A stretch of DNA of 39,159 nucleotides from an uncultured Gammaproteobacteria bacterium. Its GTDB lineage: Bacteria > Pseudomonadota > Gammaproteobacteria > Magnimaribacterales > D2472. The notes beneath the pieces are model-generated. The model saw only the letters and a program-made list of their open reading frames with translations, searched no databases and was not told where the DNA came from. Below are positions 20,573 through 30,735 of the stretch, one piece after another. Location: positions 1 through 39,159 of the forward strand of contig CAJXAZ010000003.1 of assembly GCA_913050015.1 (NCBI GenBank). The letters run 5' to 3'. The position numbers and the translations under genes are program-made. How positions within the stretch are numbered: position 1 is the first letter of the stretch; each line of letters starts with the position of its first letter.

Positions 20573-20897
20573 CCTTAAAAAATATAAAGCGCTAACTAAT
20601 TTATTTATATTTTCTTTAATCCTGATAAAGCTTTTAACTGTTCTTGATCTAAGAATTACCAGTACATTTTTTATTATCTGGTCTTTACCTTTTGTATTTT
20701 TTTACTTCCAAGCAAGATCTCTTTCAATTAAAGCCTATCAAGGGTTTTGTTTTATATTACTTATATACTTTATGTCTTCGTCATTAAGGGTATTTGGGGT
20801 TGATATCTATCCTTATGACTTAATTGAATTAATTCTGGTTGTATTCTTTTTCATACATTGTATGTTCGGGCCCAAGACTATAAGAAAATATATGTAA
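20565..20897 (+). CDS. DUF2069-like membrane protein
   Basis: Hydrophobic 110 aa with 'AYQ..CFILLIYF', in the usual position after wrbA. Confidence 0.6.
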   Translation: MLSLKKYKALTNLFIFSLILIKLLTVLDLRITSTFFIIWSLPFVFFYFQARSLSIKAYQGFCFILLIYFMSSSLRVFGVDIYPYDLIELILVVFFFIHCMFGPKTIRKYM

Positions 20898-21025
20898 AGT
20901 TTACTTTACATAACCTTATTCATAATCTATTATTATTTTATCATCAGAATAAATTAATAATGTAACCTTTACTTCACTATATCGATGTGATAGTTTGTCG
21001 TTACATTTAATACGGAGTAAATAGA

Positions 21026-22855
21026 ATGAGTGAAAAAAAATCAATATGGGGCAAGGCTGATAGCTTTCTTAGTCTCGCAAGAAAAATCATAGTCAATGGA
21101 GCTACTGCTCTTGTATTAGTTGTTCTTACTTTCTCAATTTTAGGTGGTATTGGTTCTGCATTTGGTGGTTCTGATGAAATTGAAACAAAAGATAAAATAT
21201 TGTGGTTTAAACCAGTAGGTGTTGTTGTTGATTCAGAGGTTCTAGGAAGCGGATCAATTGATTTAAATACTATTTTAGGTGGTGGGAGCACTGCGCAACA
21301 ATATGAATTACAGGATTTACTAGACGTACTCAATAATGCTGCTACAGATGATGATCTAGCTGCTGTATATGTGAATGTATCTGAACTGGGCATGTATTGG
21401 GCTTCATCGTTTAAATTAGCTGAAGCAGTAAAGAATGTAAAAGATAGTGGGAAAAGAGTAATTGCATACTCTGAATCATATGGAAATTCATCTTATCTAA
21501 TAAGCTCTCAAGCGAATGATATTTTGATTAACGAGTACGGCGTGGTCGAAGCTTTTGGCTTTTCCAGAAAAAGAGAATATTACAAAGATTTCTATAAAAA
21601 CGTAAAACTTAACTACAACATATTTACAGCTGGTGATTTCAAATCTGGCCCAGAGCCTTATACAAGAGATTCAATGTCTGAAAATGACAAACTAACATGG
21701 AACGAGTTTGCTAGCCCTATGTGGTCAAAGATGACTGGAATGATGGAAGAAGGCAGAGATCTTCCAGCAGGAACTATTCAAAATTACGGTGATAATGCAT
21801 ATGCGATGATGGCTAAGCAGCCTGAACCAGCTCTAACAGCTCTTGAGCTTGGGTTGGTTGATATGGTTGTAACTAGAGAAGGCATCAGAGCTTGGATGTT
21901 TGAACAATATCCAAACAAAGAAAATGATAAATATGCTTTCCCAGACAGTATCTCTATATACGACTACCTATCGACAATTGAAGAAAAAGAAAGCTCTTCA
22001 AAAAACAATATTGCCATTATCAATATAGAAGGCGCAATAATGACCGGTGAGGCTGCATACGGGGTAGCTGGGTCAGATACTATTGTTGAAAACATACAAA
22101 GTGCTACTCAAGATAAATCAGTTAAAGCAATGGTGCTTAGGGTTAATAGTCCCGGTGGAGATGTATGGGCAAGTGAGTTAATTACTAATGCTCTTAATGA
22201 GTTTAAAGATACTGGAAGACCTATTGTTTCGTCTATGGGAGATGTTGCAGCTTCTGGCGGTGTTTGGGTTACAACTAATTCAGATGAGATATGGGCTGAA
22301 GAAGATACATTGACAGGTTCAATTGGTGTTTATGGAATAATACCAACGATGGATGGTCTTTATGACTTCGCCGGCATAAAAGTAGATGGCATAAGCTCTA
22401 CCAAGGCAGCTGAATGGGATGCAAGAGAGGCAATGCCTGAATACATTACCAAAGCAATACAAGCTAACATTGATAATACCTACTTCAAGTTTGTTTCCAA
22501 GGTAGCAAATAATAGAGGCATGTCTTATGAAGAGGTTCTTCCTATTGCTGGTGGCAGAATATGGGCAGGCTATAAAGCTGTGGAGCTAGGCTTGGTTGAT
22601 TACATTGGTGATCTTGATGACGCAATTGATTCTGCGGCTTCGAAAGCAAATCTAGAAGATTTCACTATCAAGACTTATAAGAAAGCTATGGAACCATTAG
22701 ATGTTTTCATTTCCCAGATACTAGAAAATGTAAGCATTGATATTAATGTAGATCCAAGACTAAAGTTATTGAATTCAACTTTAGATAAGCATTTTAAAAT
22801 TATAGATCCAAATAAAAAGAATGTTCTAGTCTATTGTTTTGATTGTGAGATCTAA
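21026..22855 (+). CDS. sppA: Signal peptide peptidase SppA (67K type)
   Basis: Two S49 domains, LRVNSPGG, SMGDVAASGG, TGSIGV, GGRIW.G..A.ELGLVD. Confidence 0.93.
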   Translation: MSEKKSIWGKADSFLSLARKIIVNGATALVLVVLTFSILGGIGSAFGGSDEIETKDKILWFKPVGVVVDSEVLGSGSIDLNTILGGGSTAQQYELQDLLDVLNNAATDDDLAAVYVNVSELGMYWASSFKLAEAVKNVKDSGKRVIAYSESYGNSSYLISSQANDILINEYGVVEAFGFSRKREYYKDFYKNVKLNYNIFTAGDFKSGPEPYTRDSMSENDKLTWNEFASPMWSKMTGMMEEGRDLPAGTIQNYGDNAYAMMAKQPEPALTALELGLVDMVVTREGIRAWMFEQYPNKENDKYAFPDSISIYDYLSTIEEKESSSKNNIAIINIEGAIMTGEAAYGVAGSDTIVENIQSATQDKSVKAMVLRVNSPGGDVWASELITNALNEFKDTGRPIVSSMGDVAASGGVWVTTNSDEIWAEEDTLTGSIGVYGIIPTMDGLYDFAGIKVDGISSTKAAEWDAREAMPEYITKAIQANIDNTYFKFVSKVANNRGMSYEEVLPIAGGRIWAGYKAVELGLVDYIGDLDDAIDSAASKANLEDFTIKTYKKAMEPLDVFISQILENVSIDINVDPRLKLLNSTLDKHFKIIDPNKKNVLVYCFDCEI

Positions 22856-23538
22856 AGACACTCTTTGATTAAAGGTATGGTAATCCTGCGTTTCATTTCC
22901 ATTGAGAGCTGATCTAGGCTCTCAAGGATTACCACCAAGTCTGAAATATTTCGTTTTGTATAGGTCAGAAGATATTGAGCTTCTTTATCTCCCAAATCTA
23001 TAGACCTTAGGTTTGCTATGAATTTTATAGCTTCTAATAAATTATCCTGATTTATAGGAAGTAATTCATAACTGTTAAGTTTTCTTAATCTCGATTCTAA
23101 ATCAGGCAAAGAAAAGCCTAAAGAGCCTGTTTTCAGCGATGCTGAAAAAACCAACCTACATTCAGAGTGCAACGAGTTATTGATTAAATTAAAAATGCCC
23201 TTCTCCCATTCGCTATCTGAAATAATATTTTCAAGGCCATCTAAGCACACCAAATCCATTGTCTCAATAGAGTCCAATATGCCAACGCCATATTTAATAA
23301 CATCTTTACATGGGATATATAACGAGGACTTACCCTCGCTGCTATATGCATTGCATAATGATTGAAGTAAATATGTTTTACCTGCGTTCTTATTTCCGTA
23401 TATAAAGATATCGTCTAATTGAGATAAATCAGCAATAACAGAAATAAGCTCATTATTCGAAGGGTCTACATAAAAGTTATCAAAAGAGGATTTATAAGTC
23501 TTATTCCAAGGAAATGTTAGCTGCTTGGGCTTATTCAT
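22852..23538 (-). CDS. hda: DnaA regulatory inactivator Hda
   Basis: N-terminal clamp-binding motif QLTF, SFDNF, GKTYLLQ, LPDLESRL, 'RRITIPLIK'. Start likely ATG 23538. Confidence 0.9.
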   Translation of the reverse strand: MNKPKQLTFPWNKTYKSSFDNFYVDPSNNELISVIADLSQLDDIFIYGNKNAGKTYLLQSLCNAYSSEGKSSLYIPCKDVIKYGVGILDSIETMDLVCLDGLENIISDSEWEKGIFNLINNSLHSECRLVFSASLKTGSLGFSLPDLESRLRKLNSYELLPINQDNLLEAIKFIANLRSIDLGDKEAQYLLTYTKRNISDLVVILESLDQLSMEMKRRITIPLIKECL

Positions 23539-24082
23539 TATGGTAGGCCTTAATATCGAAATACCAATCGTATGCATAAACTATAAGGCTCATTAAAGTG
23601 ACTGCAACAATTGATACATCTAACACAACCAAGGAAATGCTAATTCCGAGGAGCTCAAATAAAATAATAATGAAGATATAGGCAACCTGAAGCGTTGTGG
23701 TGAGCTTTCCCAGAATATTAGGAAGAGGAGCATTAGATTCAATCAGAGTCATCTGTATTGCCGCCCCAATTAAAATTGCCACATCTCTACTAAAGAAAAT
23801 AATAAAAATATAAAGAGGAATATAGTCACTAACCCATAAAATAAAAATGGTACCTGTTAAAAGCAATTTATCTGCAACAGGATCAAGTATTTTTCCTAAT
23901 TCTGTCTGCCAGTTCATGCGCCTAGCAAGAAAACCATCAAGCGCATCTGTAAGAGATGCAATAGCAAAAAAAATAAGGCTCAATATAAAGTCCTTGCTAA
24001 GAAGACTATCAAGGATTGGATAAATTAAAGCTATCCTTAAAATGGATAGGAAATTAGGAATAAAAATAAAATACTTACTCAT
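23531..24082 (-). CDS. CDP-alcohol phosphatidyltransferase family protein
   Basis: IPNFLSILR, DALDGFLARR...G.ILDPVADK signature. Confidence 0.93.
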   Translation of the reverse strand: MSKYFIFIPNFLSILRIALIYPILDSLLSKDFILSLIFFAIASLTDALDGFLARRMNWQTELGKILDPVADKLLLTGTIFILWVSDYIPLYIFIIFFSRDVAILIGAAIQMTLIESNAPLPNILGKLTTTLQVAYIFIIILFELLGISISLVVLDVSIVAVTLMSLIVYAYDWYFDIKAYHNE

Positions 24083-25104
24083 TTTTTATAATATAAATTA
24101 ATGGAACTAGAGCCCTCTTCACTTTCTAATATATCAAGAAAACCATTACTTTCAATCTCTTTCAAAATTGAATCTATAGATCCATAAGTAGAAGCTTTAT
24201 AAGCAATAGTGCTATCAGAAAAACTTATTATTTCTAAGCTTGGAATGCTTAAAATCATTGTCATTTTTTTATTTAGCTCAAGGTAGTCTTCATGAGTATT
24301 AATCCCTTTGATAGAAATATAAGCAAAGGATTCATTTGATGTTTGGATTTGAAACTCAGATAAATTTTCATCGATAAGTCTAGATAAAAAAGTTCTAAAC
24401 TTCTCTTCAAAATCAGCAACAAAATTAGGGCTCTCAAAATTAGCATTCATGTCACCAGAAATGAGCCAGTCATTTAACCCGAGATTGGAAATTTTTATGC
24501 TTACCAATTTATGGTAATCGTACTTTGAGGCTATATAGCTTTTAGGATCAGCAAGTATGTTGAAAGAAGATATTTTTTTACTATCTTCTAAATCAAAAAT
24601 TGGAAGCTCTAAAAAAATACCTCTTTCTGTAGAAAGGGTATTTAGTATTTTTCTTATGGCTTTATCCATATCATGAATTTCTTTATTAGAGGATATGAAA
24701 TAAGGCTTATCGGAACCTGAATCAACCTCGAGAAGAAATAAAACTACCGGTCTAGAGTAACCAACAAATGGTATTGATAGCTCTTTAAACTTGCTAACTA
24801 GCATATCTTGATTAAATTTAACTTGAAGATAACTTAGGCCATCAATATTTTTAACAGAATAGCTGATAATTAAATCTTTACGTGATGTACCAGAATTAAT
24901 TATCTTCCATATATTAGAGGGCGAATCATCACCACTTAATCTATAAACCATATTATTAAAAGACTTGTTAATGGATTGCTCTATCTTCGAGGTATTTTCT
25001 ATAGGCTCATAAATAGTAAAAAGTTCATTAAATTCCTTCCCAAAGGAGAGATTAGAAAAGATAATAAGTACTACTGTTAAATGTTTAATTAAATTGTTAT
25101 GCAT
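24079..25104 (-). CDS. DUF2066-like exported protein
   Basis: Signal peptide; conserved position divergent from purM; 'RGI.L.LP..DLED' motif. Start uncertain (ATG 25104 preferred). Confidence 0.65.
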   Translation of the reverse strand: MHNNLIKHLTVVLIIFSNLSFGKEFNELFTIYEPIENTSKIEQSINKSFNNMVYRLSGDDSPSNIWKIINSGTSRKDLIISYSVKNIDGLSYLQVKFNQDMLVSKFKELSIPFVGYSRPVVLFLLEVDSGSDKPYFISSNKEIHDMDKAIRKILNTLSTERGIFLELPIFDLEDSKKISSFNILADPKSYIASKYDYHKLVSIKISNLGLNDWLISGDMNANFESPNFVADFEEKFRTFLSRLIDENLSEFQIQTSNESFAYISIKGINTHEDYLELNKKMTMILSIPSLEIISFSDSTIAYKASTYGSIDSILKEIESNGFLDILESEEGSSSINLYYKK

Positions 25105-25127
25105 TTGTCTCACAATAGGTATTCTAA

Positions 25128-26159
25128 ATGACAAAAGAAATTATAGACAATGATCCTTACAAATCAGCCGGTGTAGATATAAATGCTGGTAATGAATTAG
25201 TTGATCTTATAAAAAAAGATGTCTCAGCATCTCATGGACCGAATGTTCTTGGGAATATTGGTGGTTTTGCTGGAATGTTTAGACTAGATAAGGAATATAA
25301 AAACCCTATTTTAGTAGCCTGTACAGATGGAGTTGGTACTAAAGTAGCTCTTGCACAAGAGACAGGTATGCTGGACGGAATTGGTCAGGATCTTGTAGCT
25401 ATGTGTGTAAACGATCTAATAGTTTGTGGTGCCAAACCCCTTTTCTTTTTAGATTACTTTGCCTCATCTAAGTTAGAGATTAAAGAAGCCTCAACAATAA
25501 TAAGTAGTATAGCTAATGCCTGTATTGAATCTGGCTGCGCACTTCTCGGCGGTGAAACAGCTGAAATGCCTGGTCATTATGTTGGAAAGAATTTTGATTT
25601 AGCTGGTTTCTCTGTTGGCTGTGTAGATGAAGATAAAATAATTAATAATAAAACTATTTCAGCAGGTAATGTTCTTATTGGCATAGAGTCAAGCGGACCT
25701 CATTCAAATGGATTTTCACTGATAAGAAAAATAATCAAAGATGCTAACTTAAGTGAAATGGACTTTAATAGAGTTACTGAGATGGCATTAAAGCCAACGA
25801 TCCTATATCCCTCTTTAATAATTAATCTAATAGATAAGTTTAAAATCCATGGAATGGCGCACATAACAGGTGGAGGATTAACAGAAAATATTCCGAGATC
25901 TATTCCTGAAAATCTTTCTGTTCAGATACTAAAGGATTCATGGGTGATGCCTGAAATATTTAAGTGGCTTCAAGATACCGGCGATATCAAAGAAGCGGAT
26001 ATGTTTAGAATTTTTAATTGTGGAATCGGCATGGTTTTGATTGTAGACCATGAAAGTGCCCAAGAAATCCAAGATAAAATCACTGAGGAAGGATATAAGA
26101 GCTTCGTAATTGGATCTGTTCAGGAAAAAAGCTCTGATAAGTTAGTTACTTTTATATAG
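25128..26159 (+). CDS. purM: Phosphoribosylformylglycinamidine cyclo-ligase
   Basis: YKSAGVDI, TDGVGTK, GGETAEMPG, HSNGFSL, HITGGG, FNCGIG. Confidence 0.98.
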   Translation: MTKEIIDNDPYKSAGVDINAGNELVDLIKKDVSASHGPNVLGNIGGFAGMFRLDKEYKNPILVACTDGVGTKVALAQETGMLDGIGQDLVAMCVNDLIVCGAKPLFFLDYFASSKLEIKEASTIISSIANACIESGCALLGGETAEMPGHYVGKNFDLAGFSVGCVDEDKIINNKTISAGNVLIGIESSGPHSNGFSLIRKIIKDANLSEMDFNRVTEMALKPTILYPSLIINLIDKFKIHGMAHITGGGLTENIPRSIPENLSVQILKDSWVMPEIFKWLQDTGDIKEADMFRIFNCGIGMVLIVDHESAQEIQDKITEEGYKSFVIGSVQEKSSDKLVTFI

Positions 26160-26163
26160 ATCC

Positions 26164-26811
26164 ATGAAGAGAATAGTTTTTCTAATATCAGGAAATGGGA
26201 CTAATCTTCAAGCCATTATGGACAATTGTAAAACTGGTGATATCAAAGCAAATATAGTTTCAGTTATAAGCAATAATCCTGATGCATTTGGCCTAGAAAG
26301 AGCTAAGTCTGAGGGTATTGAGACAAAAGTAATAAATCATAAAGACTATAAGACAAGAGATCTCTTTGATAACGATTTATTTAAATACATAGAAGGAGTA
26401 AATCCTGATTTAATTGTCTTAGCTGGGTTTATGAGAATTCTCACTCCAAAAATTACTGATAGCTATTTTGGGAAAATTATTAATATTCACCCCTCTCTAC
26501 TTCCGAAGTATCCAGGTTTAGATACACACTCAAAAGTTATAGAAAATAAAGACTCTCATCATGGAGTTTCTATTCACTATGTATCAAATGAATTAGACGC
26601 TGGTCCTTTAATAGCTCAAGCTACAATAAAAACAAAAGATGCAGAGACTTTAGATGAGTTAATAGAAAGAGTTCATGCAACTGAGCATAAAATTTTTTCT
26701 AAAGTAATAAAATTTATCTGCGATGATCAGATAATCCTCGATACTGGAAAGGTAATTTTTCATGACATCAAAACAAATGGAGTTCATATTGATGAATATT
26801 TTGAAATATAA
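26164..26811 (+). CDS. purN: Phosphoribosylglycinamide formyltransferase
   Basis: ISGNGTNLQA, LAGFMRIL, NIHPSLLPKYPG, LDAGP. Confidence 0.97.
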   Translation: MKRIVFLISGNGTNLQAIMDNCKTGDIKANIVSVISNNPDAFGLERAKSEGIETKVINHKDYKTRDLFDNDLFKYIEGVNPDLIVLAGFMRILTPKITDSYFGKIINIHPSLLPKYPGLDTHSKVIENKDSHHGVSIHYVSNELDAGPLIAQATIKTKDAETLDELIERVHATEHKIFSKVIKFICDDQIILDTGKVIFHDIKTNGVHIDEYFEI

Positions 26812-27481
26812 GTTTATTTTTTTAATTATTATTTCGTTAGATATGAGTGCGACTGAAATAAAAGATTATGTTGCTCGTTACTCTTTTGAATCACCTGAAA
26901 TATCACTTAATGGCATAAGAAAGCTGACAAGTCTAGATCAAGGATATGAGCTAAGCTTCGAAGCAAAAAATTGGGTAGCGAAGATGCAATTTAACTCGAA
27001 CTTTATCGTTTCTGATGATCAAGTTATCCCTAAAGGCTACAAAGTTAAAATAAAGCCTAAGTTTGTAAATAGAGATCAGATCATTGACTACAATTATAAT
27101 AAGCAATTAATCACCTCGCTTGGAAGAAATGCATGGGGTGTAGAGTTAGACCCTATGGCTAGTCCCTTAGATCCAATGAATGCTCAAATTCAAATTAGAT
27201 TAAATTTACTTAAAGGAATTAAAGAATTTTCAATACAGCTCGTAGAAATGAGAAATGGAGAAATTGAAGATAATTTCTATAAAGTAATTGGCACTGAAAT
27301 ATGTGTTGTAGGAAATAGTGAATACGAGTGTATTATTTTAAAGAGGTTTAGAGAGAAAGAAGGAAGAGAAACTATATATTACTTAGCTCCAAAGCTGGGT
27401 TATATGTTCTTAAAGATTATAGACATTAGCCAAGAGAGAGAGCAAAAACTAGAGTTAATAGAAATCTTAAGTCTTGGGTAG
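26792..27481 (+). CDS. DUF3108-like exported protein
   Basis: Signal peptide, beta-rich, 'YYLAPKLGY' C-terminal motif, usual neighbour of purN. Start likely ATG 26792. Confidence 0.6.
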   Translation: MNILKYKFIFLIIISLDMSATEIKDYVARYSFESPEISLNGIRKLTSLDQGYELSFEAKNWVAKMQFNSNFIVSDDQVIPKGYKVKIKPKFVNRDQIIDYNYNKQLITSLGRNAWGVELDPMASPLDPMNAQIQIRLNLLKGIKEFSIQLVEMRNGEIEDNFYKVIGTEICVVGNSEYECIILKRFREKEGRETIYYLAPKLGYMFLKIIDISQEREQKLELIEILSLG

Positions 27482-28036
27482 AGTTACGCCAGTTTGACCT
27501 TGGTACTTCCCACTTCTATCTTTATAACTAACCTCACACTGCTCATCAGATTCAAAAAATAACATTTGAGCAACCCCTTCACCTGCGTATATCTTTGCAG
27601 GAAGATTGGTTGTGTTAGAAAACTCTAAAGTGACATGGCCTTCCCATTCAGGCTCTAACGGCGTGACATTAACAATAATACCGCATCTTGCATATGTAGA
27701 TTTTCCAAGACATATAGTTAATACATTCCTTGGTATTCTAAAATACTCAACCGTTCTTGCTAAAGCAAATGAATTTGGAGGGATAACACAAACATCAGAT
27801 TGAATATCAACAAAACTCTTTGCATCAAAAGACTTAGGATCAACGATTGCGGAATGAATATTAGTAAAAACCTTAAACTCGTTAGCACATCTAACGTCAT
27901 AGCCATAACTTGATACTCCATACGAGATCAACTTTTCACCATTTTCATCAAGTCTTACCTGATTTTTTGAAAAAGGTTCTATCATTTTATCTTCAATAGA
28001 TTTCTTTGTTATCCACTTATCTGATTTAATCGACAT
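27467..28036 (-). CDS. dcd: dCTP deaminase
   Basis: [32 protein letters not shown]. Confidence 0.97.
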   Translation of the reverse strand: MSIKSDKWITKKSIEDKMIEPFSKNQVRLDENGEKLISYGVSSYGYDVRCANEFKVFTNIHSAIVDPKSFDAKSFVDIQSDVCVIPPNSFALARTVEYFRIPRNVLTICLGKSTYARCGIIVNVTPLEPEWEGHVTLEFSNTTNLPAKIYAGEGVAQMLFFESDEQCEVSYKDRSGKYQGQTGVTLPKT

Positions 28037-28622
28037 TTACTTCTGTTCTCCCTTGAATTGCCCGCGCAATGGTGTTTCCATCGACATACTCTAACTCTCC
28101 TCCAATAGGAATACCATAAGAAATTCTAGAAACCTTAATATCTTTAATATGATCACTGATAAACATAGCAGTAGCATCTCCTTCAACAGTTGAGCTTGTA
28201 GCTAAGATAACTTCTTGGATATCTTCTATTGCCAATAAGCTCAAAAAATCATCTATACCAAGGTCCTCTGGGCCAACGCCTTCAATTGGTGAAAGCCTTC
28301 CCAAAAGAACAAAATATTTACCTCTGAAACCCCCAGTAGATTCTATGGCAAGAACATCTGATGGACTTTCAACAATACAAACGCTCGAGCTATCTCTAGA
28401 TGTATCGGTACAAGTTTTACATAATTCAGTTGAGGTGAGCATTCGACATCGTGAACAACGTCTAATGTGCTCCAAGGCTTCTTGCATTGTTTTAGCTAGA
28501 ATGCCTGCCCCATCTTTATTCTTATCTAACAAATAAAGAGCCATTCTCTGTGCAGATTTTTTTCCAACACCAGGAAGAATTGTTAGGGCATTAATTAGTT
28601 CGTTTAATAAGTCTTGATTCAT
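28026..28622 (-). CDS. recR: Recombination mediator RecR
   Basis: [11 protein letters not shown] HhH, C4 zinc finger, Toprim, [12 protein letters not shown]. Confidence 0.97.
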   Translation of the reverse strand: MNQDLLNELINALTILPGVGKKSAQRMALYLLDKNKDGAGILAKTMQEALEHIRRCSRCRMLTSTELCKTCTDTSRDSSSVCIVESPSDVLAIESTGGFRGKYFVLLGRLSPIEGVGPEDLGIDDFLSLLAIEDIQEVILATSSTVEGDATAMFISDHIKDIKVSRISYGIPIGGELEYVDGNTIARAIQGRTEVNVD

Positions 28623-28626
28623 TTTT

Positions 28627-30273
28627 TTAGGTTATTGGCTTTATTGATCCATCTTTGATACTACCATCAAACTTTTTAAGAAAATTTTGAATTGAAGTAT
28701 CTTGAGCAATATTTTCTTCTGCATTTGTTTGTCTATTAGCCTCTTCGTTATCTTTGATACTTAGGGGCGAGCTATCTGCGTTACCCTGCTCAACCTTGAT
28801 ATCCAAACTGTCACCTAAGACAGTCATACAGGCTAATTTAAACTCAGAAAAGATATTATCAGGAATTTTATTTTCTTCATCCAAGCCAACTAAAATAAGT
28901 ATGTTATTTTCATAGCTTTTATAAGAAAGATAACCGAAATAGCTTCTAGCAAAAACACTTATATCCAAAGAATCAAAGAAAATGACCCAGCTCTCAGATG
29001 AATTAATAGTTTTACTATTAATTACAGGGGGAGCCTTTATTTCTATTTCTTTTACAATAACAGGAGTTTTCGGTTCATGGGCATCTTCAACAACTTTAAC
29101 TTCTGGCTGCAATATTTCTTTCGAAATTACTGGCAAGCTTTCAGTTTTTAAGTTTTTTTTTTCTTCTGCAGGAGCTCTAGGTGAGCTTTGATCAATTTTA
29201 TGCAAAGGGTTAAAAGCCAGCATTCTTAGAAGACATATTTCTAGAGATTCTTTTGCACTTGGATGAACATGGAACTTGGAATATGCATTAACTGCAATTT
29301 CATACAAAAGCTGACAGAACTCCTCATCAACCCTATCAGCCAGATCTTTAATTGAAGAATCCTTGGAATTGTGAAGCACTTGCTCTAATGATGTCTTGTG
29401 AAGTATTGATATTATGCTTTTTAAAATTGCTTCATATTCTGGTGAGAGTTCTTCAATTTTATATAGATGATTGAATGCTCCCTCGCCATCACCGTCAATA
29501 ACAGAGTTTATTAAAGAAACTAGCAATGAGTCATCTATAGTGCCTAATAATTTTTTAACATCCACAGACTTAAGCTCTCCATTGCCATGAGCTATTGCCT
29601 GATCTAAAAGAGTTAATGCATCTCTAACAGAACCTTTTGCTGAATTACATATAAGCTCTATACTTTCCTCATCATATGGAATTGATTCTAAATCAATAAT
29701 TTTTTTCAAATGTTCTGAGAGTATAGGACCGCCAACTGTTTTTAAATTAAGCTGTAAGCATCTTGACTGAACTGTCTTAGGTATCTTGTCAGGATTAGTT
29801 GTAGCAAAGATAAAGATGATATGAGCTGGTGGTTCTTCTAAAGTTTTTAACAAAGCATTAAAACTACTTGTAGAAAGCATGTGAACTTCATCTATTAAAT
29901 ATATTTTATATCTACCTTGAGAAGGCTTATATGGAACTGTTTCAAGCAGGTCTCTCATATCATCTACACCAGTTTTCGATGCAGCGTCCACTTCTAGAAA
30001 GTCTAGATGCCTTCCTATCCTAATTTCTTCACAATTAGTACACTTATCACAGGGTGTTGAGGTTGGTTTTTCTTCAGATTGACAATTAAGACACTTGGCC
30101 AAAATTCTAGCTAACGTTGTCTTTCCAACACCTCTAGTTCCGGCAAAAATATATGCTTGATGGATTCTATCTTGCGAGATTCCATTGGAAATAGCTTGAA
30201 CAATATGCTCTTGCCCAACAACTTCTTTGAAATTTGTTGGTCGATATTTTCTTGCTAAAACCTCATAGGACAT
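28627..30273 (-). CDS. dnaX: DNA polymerase III subunit tau/gamma
   Basis: LARKYRP..F..VVGQ, GTRGVGKT, DEVHML, SRC motif. Confidence 0.97.
   Translation of the reverse strand: MSYEVLARKYRPTNFKEVVGQEHIVQAISNGISQDRIHQAYIFAGTRGVGKTTLARILAKCLNCQSEEKPTSTPCDKCTNCEEIRIGRHLDFLEVDAASKTGVDDMRDLLETVPYKPSQGRYKIYLIDEVHMLSTSSFNALLKTLEEPPAHIIFIFATTNPDKIPKTVQSRCLQLNLKTVGGPILSEHLKKIIDLESIPYDEESIELICNSAKGSVRDALTLLDQAIAHGNGELKSVDVKKLLGTIDDSLLVSLINSVIDGDGEGAFNHLYKIEELSPEYEAILKSIISILHKTSLEQVLHNSKDSSIKDLADRVDEEFCQLLYEIAVNAYSKFHVHPSAKESLEICLLRMLAFNPLHKIDQSSPRAPAEEKKNLKTESLPVISKEILQPEVKVVEDAHEPKTPVIVKEIEIKAPPVINSKTINSSESWVIFFDSLDISVFARSYFGYLSYKSYENNILILVGLDEENKIPDNIFSEFKLACMTVLGDSLDIKVEQGNADSSPLSIKDNEEANRQTNAEENIAQDTSIQNFLKKFDGSIKDGSIKPIT
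29153..29162 (-). other. A10 slippery run in dnaX (candidate tau/gamma recoding site)
   Basis: Coding strand GAA AAA AAA AAC TTA AAA ACT GAA at codons 371-378. The +1 frame reaches TAA and the -1 frame reaches TGA within a few codons. Confidence 0.7.
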
Positions 30274-30293
30274 AGCGAAAATGATAACATGCT

Positions 30294-30734
30294 CTAACTA
30301 AAAATTGAGTCAATTTCTTTAAAACTAAAGCCCCTATTTTGTAAGAAACTCTTTTGTTTTAGTTTAGTTTTAAAGTCCAAGGAAATGCCGTCTTTAAATT
30401 TTTTATTAAAGGCATTTTCTGCTGCCTCTAACCAGCCGCCCTCCTCTTCAATAGCAATGGATGAAAGTGTTTCACTTACGCCTCTTGAGTTAAGCTCGTA
30501 GCCAATTCGCTTGGGACCGAAACCTTTTCTTTTTCTAGCTCTTGTATACATTTCTGCATACCTAGAATCATTTAAAAGAGAATTTTTTATTAGCTTCTCA
30601 ATAACATCTTCAATAACACTTAGATCATCAAACTTTTTTAAAAGCTTGTCTCTGACTTCTTTTTTTGAATGTTCTCTTCTTGAAATAATATCAAGGGCTT
30701 TATTGTAAATAGTTGGAAAGATTTCTTCGATCAT
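30294..30734 (-). CDS. recX: Regulatory protein RecX
   Basis: 'ISRREHSKKE.RDKL', 'LNDSRYAE', 'GFGPKRI..EL..RG', 'FLQNRGFS'. Start likely ATG 30734. Confidence 0.9.
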   Translation of the reverse strand: MIEEIFPTIYNKALDIISRREHSKKEVRDKLLKKFDDLSVIEDVIEKLIKNSLLNDSRYAEMYTRARKRKGFGPKRIGYELNSRGVSETLSSIAIEEEGGWLEAAENAFNKKFKDGISLDFKTKLKQKSFLQNRGFSFKEIDSIFS

Positions 30735-30735
30735 T

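Noticed and set aside
21033-21040. Other homopolymer runs (A8 at the sppA start, T8 in the EamA coding strand near 17163) as phase-variation or slippage sites
   Set aside because: They are shorter, expected in AT-rich DNA, and not at a domain boundary with a known recoding precedent.
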